NCBI GenBank assembly: GCA_964594215.1
Contig: CAZQLN010000002.1
Coordinates: 41,855-105,854, forward strand
Reading direction: 5' to 3'
Length of the DNA stretch: 64,000 bases
Source of the DNA: an uncultured Bdellovibrionales bacterium
Lineage (GTDB): Bacteria > Patescibacteriota > Minisyncoccia > Moranbacterales > UBA1568
How positions within the stretch are numbered: position 1 is the stretch's first letter; each line of letters opens with the position of its first letter. Both the position numbers and the translations under genes were made by a program. The notes under the pieces were generated by a model. The model was not told the DNA's origin. It ran no database searches and worked only from the letters and a program-made list of their open reading frames with translations. This document shows positions 10,568-20,484 of this stretch, piece after piece.

Positions 10568-11209
10568 TTACTTCTCCCAAGCTTGGAAGCGCTTGGTAAG
10601 AGCATCTAATCCAGCAACAGAAACGACAACGTACTCGTGATTTAATAATTCAGAAACATTAAGATTAACCGCAAGAGTATTACTTGTTTTTGGAATATTG
10701 CGAGTGACACGAGCATTGCCAAATTCTTCTTCACCAAAAGCGAGTACCGTACTCTTGTAATCCACACCCAAGGCTACGCGGGCATCTCTCCAGAGCTTAG
10801 TTTTCATTTCTGGGAAAGCAAGACTGTCTACTACCAGAAGCTTCTGGCCACGAATTTTTTCAGCCAAAGCGATCATTACTGCTTTCTGACGCATCTTTTT
10901 GTTGGTGTCCTTACCATAGACTTCCTCCTTGCGAGGACCAAAAACAACACCACCTTTACGCCACACTGGGTTACGAACTTCACCGACACGAGCCCGTCCG
11001 GTTCCCTTTTGTTTCCAAGGCTTTTTACCAGAACCGGCACGCTCAGAGCGATCCTTTGTGTGAGCAATGGTCTGACGCTCGTTGGCAGCTAAAGCTACAT
11101 ACACCTGATGAAGGAGAACGTCGTTTTTAGGAAGACCAAAGATCGCCTCACTCAAAGTGATGTCTTTGACTTTCTTGCCTGCGAGATTAGTGACAGCTAC
11201 TTGTATCAT
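10568..11209 (-). CDS. rplD: 50S ribosomal protein L4
   Basis: KKPWKQKGTGRAR, WRKGGVVFGP. Confidence 0.98.
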   Translation of the reverse strand: MIQVAVTNLAGKKVKDITLSEAIFGLPKNDVLLHQVYVALAANERQTIAHTKDRSERAGSGKKPWKQKGTGRARVGEVRNPVWRKGGVVFGPRKEEVYGKDTNKKMRQKAVMIALAEKIRGQKLLVVDSLAFPEMKTKLWRDARVALGVDYKSTVLAFGEEEFGNARVTRNIPKTSNTLAVNLNVSELLNHEYVVVSVAGLDALTKRFQAWEK

Positions 11210-11220
11210 AAAAATATTCT

Positions 11221-11823
11221 TTAGGCTCCGATAACTTTCACAATTCTTCCATTCACACCCGGTACCGCTCCGCGTACTGCTAGAATACCCTCTTCTGGGT
11301 TAACATAAGCCACCATCAAGTTCTGAACAGTCATTTGCTCTCCACCCATACGTCCAGCCATACGGCGACCCTTAATAACATGTTCAGGGAATGTTGCTCC
11401 AATTGAACCTGGTTTACGCATATCATGTTTACGACCATGAGACGCAGGAGCTCCGCGAAAGCCATAACGCTTCACTACACCCTGAAAACCCTTAGCTTTT
11501 GTCGTACCAGTAATATTAACCTTTTCACCAACACTGAACTGATCGACACCGAGAGTGGTTCCTACTTCAGTGCTATCAAGAAAAGCCTGAACTTCCGCCT
11601 GTTCTTCTGCTGTTAAATCTTTATCGAGACGAAATTCTTTGAGAACTTGCTTACGAGTAGTTTTAGCTGTAGTTACTTCAAGAGCCTGGTAACCATGCTT
11701 CTCAGTTGTACGCTTACCAGCTACCTTGTTTTCAGTGAAGGCAATCAGGGTCACATTCAACGCCCCCCTTTGTTCATCAAAGAGAGTAGTCATTCCGAGT
11801 TTTTTTCCGATCAGAAATTTCAT
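11221..11823 (-). CDS. rplC: 50S ribosomal protein L3
   Basis: GKKLGMT, KAKGFQGVVKR, RKPGSIG, MAGRMG. Confidence 0.98.
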   Translation of the reverse strand: MKFLIGKKLGMTTLFDEQRGALNVTLIAFTENKVAGKRTTEKHGYQALEVTTAKTTRKQVLKEFRLDKDLTAEEQAEVQAFLDSTEVGTTLGVDQFSVGEKVNITGTTKAKGFQGVVKRYGFRGAPASHGRKHDMRKPGSIGATFPEHVIKGRRMAGRMGGEQMTVQNLMVAYVNPEEGILAVRGAVPGVNGRIVKVIGA

Positions 11824-11864
11824 AGACGTTTAAGTGTGGTAGTGATCTTTAGTAAACAAAAAAC

Positions 11865-12030
11865 TGACTTCATCGTGCTAGCCAGTTTCTCAAAAGAAGA
11901 AACGTTGGCCCGTACAGTATCACACTCTCATCATCGATACTATGCTTCTGAGAGTGGACTGAAACGAGTTACTTGGAAGTATTCCTTTGCAACAATTTTC
12001 TTCTTTTGAAGAATACTCTTGCAAAGGAAC
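11865..12030 (-). promoter_or_regulatory. Putative structured cis-regulatory RNA leader of rplC
   Basis: 221-nt rpsJ-rplC gap with stems TTCCTTTGCAA/TTGCAAAGGAA, CACTCTCA/TGAGAGTG, GTTTCT/AGAAAC and ACTTC/GAAGT. Confidence 0.55.
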
Positions 12031-12044
12031 CTTCTACCCTTGAA

Positions 12045-12374
12045 TTACATTTTTATTTCTACATCGACCCCTGCTGGAAGATCAAGATTGGTCAGATTAT
12101 CGATTGTCTTCGCGGTTGGGTTAACAATATCAATGAGTCTCTTGTGGACACGCATTTCGAACTGATCTCGAGAGTTTTTGTGTACAAAAGTTGACTTGTT
12201 TACGGTCATACGATGAATCTCAGTCGGCAATGGAACTGGACCAGTAATCTGAGCTCCAGAACGCTCTGCTGTTTCCACAATTTTACGTGCAGACTGGTCT
12301 ACGATCTTGTGATCATAGGCCTTAATCTTGATGCGTACGCGAAGGGTACTAGGGGCAACTTCTGTTTTTTTCAT
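12045..12374 (-). CDS. rpsJ: 30S ribosomal protein S10
   Basis: [28 protein letters not shown]. Confidence 0.98.
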   Translation of the reverse strand: MKKTEVAPSTLRVRIKIKAYDHKIVDQSARKIVETAERSGAQITGPVPLPTEIHRMTVNKSTFVHKNSRDQFEMRVHKRLIDIVNPTAKTIDNLTNLDLPAGVDVEIKM

Positions 12375-12474
12375 GGTTCTGTATAGAATATACTGCTTGT
12401 GTTCGTTTTCAAGGGAACAATGGTAGAGAGTAAATTTATTCTACTCTCTACTCCAGTTACCTCCAAAAGAAAAC

Positions 12475-13665
12475 TTATTTGATAACGGTTACTACTACAC
12501 CAGCTCCTACGGTACGACCACCTTCACGGATAGCAAAGCGCATACCTTCTTCCATAGCGACTGGGGCGAGGAGTTTCACTTTCATATTGATCGTATCTCC
12601 AGGCATCACCATCTCTGTTCCTTCAGGAAGTTCTACTTCTCCAGTCACGTCAGTTGTACGAATGTAGAACTGAGGCTTGTAACCCTTGAAGAAAGGAGTA
12701 TGACGTCCGCCTTCTTCTTTAGAAAGGATATAAACCTCTGCTTCAAACTCAGTGTGAGGCTTGATAGAGCCAGTTTTAGCCAAAACCTGACCACGCTCTA
12801 CGTCCTCTTTCTTGATACCGCGAATAAGGATACCGGCATTATCCCCACAAATACCCTTATCAAGAGATTTGTTGAACATTTCAATACCAGTCACTACTGT
12901 CTTCTGTGTGTCACGAAGACCAACAATTTCTACTTCTTCGTTTAGGTTGATGATTCCACGCTCGATACGTCCAGTGACCACAGTTCCACGACCTTCAATT
13001 GAGAAAATATCTTCGATAGGAAGGAGGAAAGGCTTTTCAGTATCACGAACTGGTTCTGGAATTTTGGTATCAAGAGCTGCCATCAAATCCCAGATTGGCT
13101 TAGCTTCTGCGCTGTCAACATCCTTGGTCTCAAGAGCCTTCAAAGCACTTCCACGAACTACAGTTGCATTAGCACCATCAAATTCATATTTAGAAAGAAG
13201 TTCGCGAACCTCCTCTTCTACGAGGTCTACGAGTTCTGCATCATCCACCATGTCTACCTTGTTAAGGAAAACGACGATTTCAGGAACACCCACCTGACGA
13301 GCAAGCAAGATGTGCTCACGAGTCTGAGGCATAGGACCATCAGTAGCAGAAACTACGATGATAGCGCCATCCATCTGAGCAGCACCAGTAATCATGTTTT
13401 TGATATAGTCAGCGTGACCAGGACAGTCAACGTGAGCATAGTGACGAGCGTCTGTTTCATATTCACAGTGAGCAGTAGCGATGGTGATACCACGATCGCG
13501 CTCTTCAGGAGCCTTATCGATTTCATCAATACCACGCTCTTTAGCAAATCCCTTCATGCTCAACACATGAAGAATTGCGGCTGTCAATGTAGTCTTTCCA
13601 TGGTCAACATGACCAATGGTACCGACGTTTACATGAGGCTTATTACGTTGAAACTGCTCTGCCAT
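12475..13665 (-). CDS. tuf: Elongation factor Tu
   Basis: [32 protein letters not shown]. Confidence 0.99.
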   Translation of the reverse strand: MAEQFQRNKPHVNVGTIGHVDHGKTTLTAAILHVLSMKGFAKERGIDEIDKAPEERDRGITIATAHCEYETDARHYAHVDCPGHADYIKNMITGAAQMDGAIIVVSATDGPMPQTREHILLARQVGVPEIVVFLNKVDMVDDAELVDLVEEEVRELLSKYEFDGANATVVRGSALKALETKDVDSAEAKPIWDLMAALDTKIPEPVRDTEKPFLLPIEDIFSIEGRGTVVTGRIERGIINLNEEVEIVGLRDTQKTVVTGIEMFNKSLDKGICGDNAGILIRGIKKEDVERGQVLAKTGSIKPHTEFEAEVYILSKEEGGRHTPFFKGYKPQFYIRTTDVTGEVELPEGTEMVMPGDTINMKVKLLAPVAMEEGMRFAIREGGRTVGAGVVVTVIK

Positions 13666-13832
13666 AACTTTAGTGGATCGTACACTTTCTCTTTGCTAGA
13701 AAGAAAAAGAGCCGATATATTCCTAAAAAATTAGTTCTTATAATTATTTTTACTTTTTTCCTGTTTTCCCCTCTACTGAACGATTTTTTGCTCAGAAAAA
13801 GAAAAAAGCTTGTTCAAAAAGCATCACAAAGA

Positions 13833-13861
13833 ATAATAACAATTGACCCGAATATTGTCAA
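13833..13861 (-). promoter_or_regulatory. Sigma70-type promoter for tuf
   Basis: TTGACA-17 nt-TATTAT on the minus strand. Confidence 0.65.
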
Positions 13862-13921
13862 GCTTTTAGGAGTCTTTTTTGTTCTATGTGTGTCCTTTTA
13901 CCAAAAATCCTTTATCTAAAA

Positions 13922-13962
13922 GAAAAACAGCACGTGGTCGGGACAATCCCCAACCACGCGCT
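13922..13962 (-). terminator. Intrinsic terminator after the orphan gene
   Basis: GCGCGTGGTTGGG/CCCGACCACGTGC stem followed by TGTTTTTC. Confidence 0.7.
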
Positions 13963-13971
13963 CTGGCACTT

Positions 13972-14322
13972 CTAAAATCCTGATGAGAGCCTCCTTTGTA
14001 TCCACTTATCGATTCCGTCCTCAGGGATAACAATGACAGCCCTCTCTGATGGCATATCTATATCCACCATTGGCATAAACATTCTTCGCCCTATTCTCCG
14101 TTTTTTTTGGGTAAGGGCTCTGTTACTCCTAAGAACTTCGATTCTTTTCTCCCTTGAAGGAATACCTACCAATGTATCCCAAAACTCTTGGGATACCTTA
14201 AGAACCTCAAAGACTTCAAGATTTCCGACCTTGCATAGTGGACATTTTTTAACAAATACCCAGCCGTCATCAACAGCTCTCGGCTCCATGCCCAACAACC
14301 GTAGAAAATGCAAATAATCCAT
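13972..14322 (-). CDS. Hypothetical protein (orphan inserted between fusA and tuf; one CxxC)
   Basis: 116-aa ORF with AGGAGG SD 6 nt upstream, own promoter and terminator. Confidence 0.65.
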   Translation of the reverse strand: MDYLHFLRLLGMEPRAVDDGWVFVKKCPLCKVGNLEVFEVLKVSQEFWDTLVGIPSREKRIEVLRSNRALTQKKRRIGRRMFMPMVDIDMPSERAVIVIPEDGIDKWIQRRLSSGF

Positions 14323-14336
14323 CTCTTCCTCCTAAA

Positions 14337-14422
14337 TTTCAAAAGAGCATTGCTCTGGACTAAAATCTTGCCAGTCAAATTACTGGACTCCATAGACTAC
14401 TCTCTCCTCCGTATCCTGTCAA
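14337..14422 (-). promoter_or_regulatory. Promoter, small hairpin and boxA-like element
   Basis: TTGACA(14422-14417)-17-TAGTCT(14399-14394); CCAGT/ACTGG hairpin; TGCTCTTTTGAAA at 14349-14337. Confidence 0.6.
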
Positions 14423-14434
14423 TTAGACTAAAAC

Positions 14435-14460
14435 AAAAAACCGCCCTCGCGGACGGTTCT
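14435..14460 (-). terminator. Terminator of fusA
   Basis: AACCGTC/GGCGGTT hairpin followed by a T-tract. Confidence 0.65.
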
Positions 14461-14474
14461 TCTAATTTCAACTT

Positions 14475-16574
14475 TTACTCGTTCTTTGGAGCAGTACGTA
14501 CACCTATGATCTCTTGAGCAACATTATTCGGTACTTCAGCATAGTGACTAAATTCCATTGCATAACTAGCTCGCCCCTGACTCATAGAACGCATCTGAGT
14601 AGCATAGCCAAACATAGAAGAAAGAGGGACTTCAGCGTGAATCTCCTTCACAGCAGAAGCACCTTCTCCACGAGGAATCATTTCTTTGATCATCCCGCGC
14701 TTAGAAGAGAGGTCTCCTACGATATCTCCCATGAACTGTTCTGGGGTGGTTACCGCCACCTTCATGACTGGCTCAAGAATAACCGGCTTAGCCTTCTTGG
14801 CAGCCTCTTTATAAGCCAATGATCCAGCCACGCGGAAAGCGGCTTCTGAAGAATCGACGTCATGATATGATCCATCAAATACAGTCGCCTTAACATCTAC
14901 CATTGGATAGCCCGCGAGAATCCCAGTCTCCATCGCTTCTTGGATACCCTTATCAATAGGCTTAATAAATTCTTGAGGAATGACACCTCCCTTAATTTCA
15001 TCGGCAAACTCATAGCCAGCTCCCACCTCCTGAGGTTCAAGACGAATCCAACAGTGACCATACTGTCCCCGTCCACCACTCTGGCGAACATACTTGCCTT
15101 CTGCCTCAGCTTTCATACGAATGGTCTCACGGTAGGCTACCTGTGGACGACCCACATTCACTTCTACTTTAAACTCGCGCTTCATACGATCCACCAGAAT
15201 ATCAAGATGCAGCTCTCCCATACCAGAAAGAATAGTTTGACCAGTCTCTACATCCGTACGAACACGGAAGGTTGGATCTTCTTCCATCAATTTCTTCAGC
15301 GCAATACCCATTTTTTCTTGATCGGCCTTTGTCTTTGGCTCAATCGCAATATCAATAACTGGTTCTGGGAAAATAATTGATTCGAGAATAACTGGAAAAT
15401 CAATATCACAAAGCGTATCTCCGGTAGTCGTCACCTTCATACCAACTAAGGCTCCGATATCTCCAGCACTAAGCTCTTCAATTTCTTCACGAGAATTTGA
15501 ATGCATACGAAGAATACGTCCAATACGCTCCTTTTCACCCTTAGTGGCATTATAAACATATGAGCCAGCCTTGATGGTACCAGAATAAACACGGAAGAAA
15601 GTCAGTTGACCGACGAATGGATCGGTAGCCACTTTAAAAGCAAGAGCTGAGAATTTTTCGCTGTCGTCAGTTTTACGCTCAATAGGTTGTTCCGTATTCG
15701 CATCAATGGCCACAATCGGTGGGATATCCAGTGGTGATGGCAAATAATCTACTACACCATCAAGTACCAATTGGACACCTTTGTTGCGAAGAGCTGTACC
15801 CGTGAAGACAGGAATGAGACGCACATTGATAACAGCCTGACGCAAAGCGGCTTTGAGTTCAGAAATAGAGATTTCTTCCCCATTGAGATATTTCTCAGTC
15901 AAGGTATCATCTGTCTCGGAAATTTTCTCTACCATTTTTTCTCGCCAAGCTTTTGCCTTATCAAGAAGCTCTGCTGGAATTTCATCTTCTGTAATGATTT
16001 CGCCCATAGAGCCACTGAACGTGTAGGACTTCATTTTCATCAAATCGATCACTCCATAGAAATCTCCTCGTTCCCCCATTGGTAACTGAACCGCTACAGC
16101 ATTAGAGGTTAGACGGTTAGCGATAGAGTCGAGAGCGTTTTCAAAGTCAGCACCCTCTTTGTCAATTTTGTTGATAAAACAAATACGTGGCACATTGTAC
16201 TTATCAGCCTGACGCCATACGGTTTCTGATTGTGGTTCTACACCTTCTTTACCATCAAAAACTACGACACCTCCATCGAGTACACGCAGTGAACGCTCCA
16301 CCTCAACAGTAAAGTCAACGTGGCCAGGTGTATCGATAATATTGATCTGATGATCTTTCCAATAACAGGTCGTAGCGGCAGAGGTAATGGTAATACCGCG
16401 CTCACGTTCTTGTTCCATCCAGTCCATGGTAGCTTCACCTTCATGAACCTCTCCAATTTTGTGAGTAATACCAGTGTAAAACAAAACACGCTCAGTAGTA
16501 GTTGTTTTACCAGCATCAATATGGGCAATGATACCAATATTGCGAAATTGTTCGAGAGGAGTTTTTTTAGTCAT
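14475..16574 (-). CDS. fusA: Elongation factor G
   Basis: [34 protein letters not shown]. Confidence 0.99.
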   Translation of the reverse strand: MTKKTPLEQFRNIGIIAHIDAGKTTTTERVLFYTGITHKIGEVHEGEATMDWMEQERERGITITSAATTCYWKDHQINIIDTPGHVDFTVEVERSLRVLDGGVVVFDGKEGVEPQSETVWRQADKYNVPRICFINKIDKEGADFENALDSIANRLTSNAVAVQLPMGERGDFYGVIDLMKMKSYTFSGSMGEIITEDEIPAELLDKAKAWREKMVEKISETDDTLTEKYLNGEEISISELKAALRQAVINVRLIPVFTGTALRNKGVQLVLDGVVDYLPSPLDIPPIVAIDANTEQPIERKTDDSEKFSALAFKVATDPFVGQLTFFRVYSGTIKAGSYVYNATKGEKERIGRILRMHSNSREEIEELSAGDIGALVGMKVTTTGDTLCDIDFPVILESIIFPEPVIDIAIEPKTKADQEKMGIALKKLMEEDPTFRVRTDVETGQTILSGMGELHLDILVDRMKREFKVEVNVGRPQVAYRETIRMKAEAEGKYVRQSGGRGQYGHCWIRLEPQEVGAGYEFADEIKGGVIPQEFIKPIDKGIQEAMETGILAGYPMVDVKATVFDGSYHDVDSSEAAFRVAGSLAYKEAAKKAKPVILEPVMKVAVTTPEQFMGDIVGDLSSKRGMIKEMIPRGEGASAVKEIHAEVPLSSMFGYATQMRSMSQGRASYAMEFSHYAEVPNNVAQEIIGVRTAPKNE

Positions 16575-16661
16575 AAATCAATATGTGTTTTTTAGAAAGC
16601 AAAATTATAAAATATGAATCAAAGCAAGAAAACCCTCTTCATAAGGAGGGCTTGAGAAATC

Positions 16662-17129
16662 TTACGCAAAGTGAGCAAAAGCCTTATTAGCCTCAGCCAT
16701 GCGATGAGTATCCTCGCGTTTCTTCATAGCAGCTCCTGTCTTGTTTGAGGCATCAATAAGTTCGTCAGCAAGCTTATGAGCCATACCTTTCCCCTTCTTC
16801 AGGCGACAAGCGTCACGTAACCAACGCATAGCCAAAACCTGACGACGTTCACCAGAAACAGGTACTGGTACCTGATAGTTAGCTCCTCCCACCCGACGGC
16901 TCTTCAATTGTAATAGTGGAGCAACATTCTTAATAGCTTGTTCGAAAATATTGAGACCACCCTTGTTGGTACGCTCATGGATAATATCAAAAGCATCGTA
17001 GATAATTTTCTCAGCTACGCTTTTCTTACCATCCCACATAATCATCCCAACGAAATGACCCACCAAAGGATTCCCATACAGAGGATCTGGCTTCCATTCT
17101 CGCTTAAATTGTCTCTTTCTTCGTGGCAT
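16662..17129 (-). CDS. rpsG: 30S ribosomal protein S7
   Basis: SRRVGGANYQVP, HRMAEANKAFAHF. Confidence 0.98.
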   Translation of the reverse strand: MPRRKRQFKREWKPDPLYGNPLVGHFVGMIMWDGKKSVAEKIIYDAFDIIHERTNKGGLNIFEQAIKNVAPLLQLKSRRVGGANYQVPVPVSGERRQVLAMRWLRDACRLKKGKGMAHKLADELIDASNKTGAAMKKREDTHRMAEANKAFAHFA

Positions 17130-17167
17130 ACGTTAAAAAATTCAGAGAAACATTTAGAGTTTTGTAA

Positions 17168-17587
17168 TTAGTCCTTCTTTACCTTTTCTTTCTTAGCACC
17201 ATACTTGCTACGGCTCTGCTTACGTTGGACCCCGGCTGAGTCAAACACCCCACGTACAACGTGATAGCGGACACCTGGAAGATCTTTCACACGACCTCCA
17301 CGAATCATGACGATTGAGTGTTCCTGAAGGTTGTGTCCTTCACCTGGAATATAGGCGGTCACTTCCATACCATTAGTTAAACGAACACGAGCGATCTTAC
17401 GAAGAGCTGAGTTTGGCTTTTTTGGAGTAGTGGTAGAAACTTTGAGACACACGCCGCGCTTGAAAGGGCTCTCATGAGCAGTGTTACTGTTACGTAAAGT
17501 ATTGAGAGAATACGCCATGGCTGGTGACTTGGTCTTCTTCACCAAAGGTTTACGAGGGCGCTTAATAAGTTGATTGATAGTAGCCAC
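17168..17587 (-). CDS. rpsL: 30S ribosomal protein S12
   Basis: [28 protein letters not shown]; probable GTG start at 17587. Confidence 0.97.
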   Translation of the reverse strand: MATINQLIKRPRKPLVKKTKSPAMAYSLNTLRNSNTAHESPFKRGVCLKVSTTTPKKPNSALRKIARVRLTNGMEVTAYIPGEGHNLQEHSIVMIRGGRVKDLPGVRYHVVRGVFDSAGVQRKQSRSKYGAKKEKVKKD

Positions 17588-17664
17588 AACAAGTAGTGCT
17601 AAAAGGGATAAATTAGAATTTCGAATCAAATGAAAAAAGCCAGAGGCTTTTCCGTGTAGTCCCT

Positions 17665-17693
17665 ATAATAGGGCTTCTTTTATTTTTTGTCAA
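17665..17693 (-). promoter_or_regulatory. Sigma70-type promoter of the str operon
   Basis: TTGACA-17 nt-TATTAT upstream of rpsL. Confidence 0.65.
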
Positions 17694-17751
17694 CTCAAAC
17701 CAACCATGAGTATCCCTAAGAGATGGCCTTTACGCATTTCTCGTTACTGAG

Positions 17752-18474
17752 CTAGACCAAAAGCCCTATATAAAAGCCTAATACACTATAAATAAACACG
17801 CTGATTGGATACGAAAAGAAGACGATCAAGATAAAGAGTAAGAAAAGACCATATTGCTCTAACATGAGCTCTATCCGCTCTGGTATGCGAAAAAGTGTAT
17901 AGAGAAGCTTAGAACCATCAAGAGGTGGTATTGGAAGAAGGTTAAAACAACCAAGAATAACATTCCAAAATATAATCATAAGAAGAAGCCCGAACACCAC
18001 TCCTCCAAATGACCCTGAAAGAGCCTCTCCAAATAATTGGAAGTTTTCTAAGAAAGCCCCTCTTCCACTAATAATGCTATAAAAACGATTGACCATATCA
18101 CCCTTAGCTAATGAACCTAAAGGTAGTAACATGGCTATCAGAGTAGCGAGTGTAGCAATAATGAAGTTAGTTATTGGTCCAGCGAGAGCCACTAAAACTG
18201 GGCCCCATTTCTGATTACGAAGATTGTATGGATTGTAAGGAACGGGCTTAGCCCAACCAAAAGCAAATCCTGTACTCATCATCAAAAGCACTGGCAAAAT
18301 CACCGATCCAAATGGATCAATATGCTTTAGAGGATTCAAATTAAGCCTTCCTGCATACTTAGCAGTTAGATCGCCCAACCATAAAGCCACTACCCCATGG
18401 GATATCTCATGAATAATGACTGAATAAATCAAAATGGCTAAATAGAAGACAATGAGGACTATTTCTTGAGACAT
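17752..18474 (-). CDS. Site-2 protease (M50) family membrane metalloprotease
   Basis: HEISH, NPLKHIDP, VALAGP, FNLLPIPPLDG. Confidence 0.93.
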   Translation of the reverse strand: MSQEIVLIVFYLAILIYSVIIHEISHGVVALWLGDLTAKYAGRLNLNPLKHIDPFGSVILPVLLMMSTGFAFGWAKPVPYNPYNLRNQKWGPVLVALAGPITNFIIATLATLIAMLLPLGSLAKGDMVNRFYSIISGRGAFLENFQLFGEALSGSFGGVVFGLLLMIIFWNVILGCFNLLPIPPLDGSKLLYTLFRIPERIELMLEQYGLFLLFILIVFFSYPISVFIYSVLGFYIGLLV

Positions 18475-18574
18475 TGGATCATATCTATGGATTACGCTAA
18501 AAGGAGACTTGCTAAAATTCTATTCTCATGATACTCTGGAACCTACAAGTATTCAACCCAACGTATTTATTCTT

Positions 18575-18751
18575 ATGAGTCGAGTTTGTCAAATGACTGG
18601 CCGTGGTACCCAAACCGGAAACTCTCGTAGTCACTCCAACATTGCTACCCGTCGGAAATTCAAAGTGAACGTCCAAACTAAGCGTCTTGGTGGTATGAAG
18701 CTCCGTCTTTCTACCCGCGCTATCCGTACCCTGACTAAAGCTTCTAAATAA
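18575..18751 (+). CDS. rpmB: 50S ribosomal protein L28
   Basis: MSRVCQMTGR..GNSRSHSNIATRRKFKVNVQ; start trimmed to ATG at 18575. Confidence 0.95.
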   Translation: MSRVCQMTGRGTQTGNSRSHSNIATRRKFKVNVQTKRLGGMKLRLSTRAIRTLTKASK

Positions 18752-18784
18752 GAAGACTAGTTTCTCTATAAGATTAAACAAACG

Positions 18785-18810
18785 AAAACCCTTTGCGGGT
18801 TTTTCTTTTT
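18785..18810. terminator. Probable bidirectional terminator between rpmB and tRNA-Pro
   Basis: AAAACCC/GGGTTTT hairpin with T-run. Confidence 0.6.
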
Positions 18811-18813
18811 TAG

Positions 18814-18884
18814 TCGGGATGCCGAGAATTGAACTCGGTCTACACCCACCCCATGGGCGCGTACTACCGGTATACTACACCCCG
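18814..18884 (-). tRNA. tRNA-Pro(GGG)
   Basis: CGGGGTG/CATCCCG acceptor stem, anticodon arm CGCCC-ATGGGGT-GGGTG, T-loop GTTCAATTC; CCA not encoded. Confidence 0.93.
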
Positions 18885-18950
18885 TTCGATCAATATTATA
18901 TCAAAAAATCCCCTCTTATGAAGGGATTTTCTTGTACCTCTAAAGGCCTT

Positions 18951-19559
18951 CTACTCTAAGATACCGTCGAGGTTCACATCATATAGAATAGCATCCTGAA
19001 CTAAGCGATAGTTGAGAATCTCATTTTCTCCAAACCAGATAGGAATTTCTCGATCTGCCTCTTCTGGACTATCTGAACAATGAACAAGGTTGCGCACCGC
19101 TCGATTGTCGATGCTAGAAAGAGCATACGAATCTACAGTCAGATCACCACGAATAGTTCCCACATCAGAAGTCGTTGGCTCTGTGCCACCAACAATTTTC
19201 TTAACGATAGCCACCGACTGATTACCCTCGATAATAAAAGCCAGCACTGGACCAGATGTAAAGAAATCAACATTGCTCTGAATAATATCCTTACCGTACT
19301 CAAGAGGCTCTTTTTCAATAGGAAGACCTTGGTTAGTACGATCCTCTACAATACGATTACCCTTAAGCATAAACCAGGCCTCGTCCTTGTTATAATGAGT
19401 CCAACACTGATCGGCTACTGGCAGAAGGAATTTCATAGCCACAAATTTCAAACCTGTGCGCTCAAAACGTGAAAGAATCTCTCCAATCAGGGCTCGCTGT
19501 ACGCCATCCGGTTTAATGATGACCAGAGTGCGCTCTTTTTTGGGATGCATAACTTCCAT
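18951..19559 (-). CDS. ndk: Nucleoside diphosphate kinase
   Basis: ERTLVIIKPDGVQR, GTIRGD, RNLVHCSDS. Confidence 0.95.
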   Translation of the reverse strand: MEVMHPKKERTLVIIKPDGVQRALIGEILSRFERTGLKFVAMKFLLPVADQCWTHYNKDEAWFMLKGNRIVEDRTNQGLPIEKEPLEYGKDIIQSNVDFFTSGPVLAFIIEGNQSVAIVKKIVGGTEPTTSDVGTIRGDLTVDSYALSSIDNRAVRNLVHCSDSPEEADREIPIWFGENEILNYRLVQDAILYDVNLDGILE

Positions 19560-19629
19560 AGCAACGTATTTTACAAAATTTTAACTATCAAAGTATATCA
19601 CACATTTGGTTCATCTGCAAGTCTACTGT

Positions 19630-20484
19630 CTACTCATCTCTTCTAAGACATTGTTTCGTTTCCTTATCACAGCGATAAAAAATATCTCCTTCCTCATCCG
19701 TCCGATAGCTTCGTATACCTCTCTCTTTCAGATTCATTAAGACATCTGGGTGTGGATGCCCATAGCTATTCTCCCCTACGGATATAACTGCTTCTCTGGG
19801 TTTCAGAGAGTCCAAAAATGCATCACTTGTGGAGAAACGTGATCCGTGATGGGCTACCTTAAGTACATCTACCGGCTGTATGTTGAGAAGGGCATCTTCT
19901 TCATGTGGGAGATCTCCAGTAAAAAGAAACGAGGTATCCATAAAATCAAGTCGTGCCACTAAGCTTCCCTCATTAGTCTCAATAGGACTTTCAGATGGAA
20001 TAGGAGTAAGGGGATACAGGAAATGGAGGATTGCTCCTGTCGGGAAACGAATCTCAGTTTCTTCTGCTACTATCAAATGTCTTCTCGCTTTTGTGCGAGC
20101 CAGTTCTTCAAAAAGGCGCGATGTTTCCGTATCACTCATTTGACCATTAGTCATTACAGTGTCTACCCGGTAGTTACGAAGTACGCTTGGCAAACCACCG
20201 ATATGATCACTATCCGGGTGTGTGGCGATCACTACCTCAATATTTCTATCCCAAAAAGGTACGTACCGACCCAAACGAGAAAGCAGTTGTAAGCCATCTC
20301 GCCCCCCATCAATTAAAACTTGTTCTTCACCGTCCTGAATCAAGATAGCATCGCCCTGACCTACATCCAAAAACACTACCTCAAAGGTGTCTTGTTTCTT
20401 ATCTTGCCACAAAAAGAGAAGCCCTGTGATTATCAGAAGGCCTCCAAGTATTCCATTAACCATCAACCAAAAAGGCTTTTGCAT
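19630..20484 (-). CDS. ComEC/Rec2-type metallo-beta-lactamase fold hydrolase (stand-alone)
   Basis: FLDVGQGDA, THPDSDHIGG, LFTGD, LKVAHHGS, NSYGHP; start at 20484 overlaps the comEC stop. Confidence 0.92.
   Translation of the reverse strand: MQKPFWLMVNGILGGLLIITGLLFLWQDKKQDTFEVVFLDVGQGDAILIQDGEEQVLIDGGRDGLQLLSRLGRYVPFWDRNIEVVIATHPDSDHIGGLPSVLRNYRVDTVMTNGQMSDTETSRLFEELARTKARRHLIVAEETEIRFPTGAILHFLYPLTPIPSESPIETNEGSLVARLDFMDTSFLFTGDLPHEEDALLNIQPVDVLKVAHHGSRFSTSDAFLDSLKPREAVISVGENSYGHPHPDVLMNLKERGIRSYRTDEEGDIFYRCDKETKQCLRRDE

Noticed and set aside
11863-11970. Possible hammerhead ribozyme (CTGA...GAAA words) in the rpsJ-rplC gap
   Set aside because: No CUGANGA core with correctly arranged stems on either strand.
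14166-14393. 75-aa ORF with an upstream GGAGGAG overlapping the fusA-tuf orphan
   Set aside because: Its ATG abuts the predicted -10 box and the GGAGG lies in the promoter spacer; the 13972-14322 frame has the better-placed SD.
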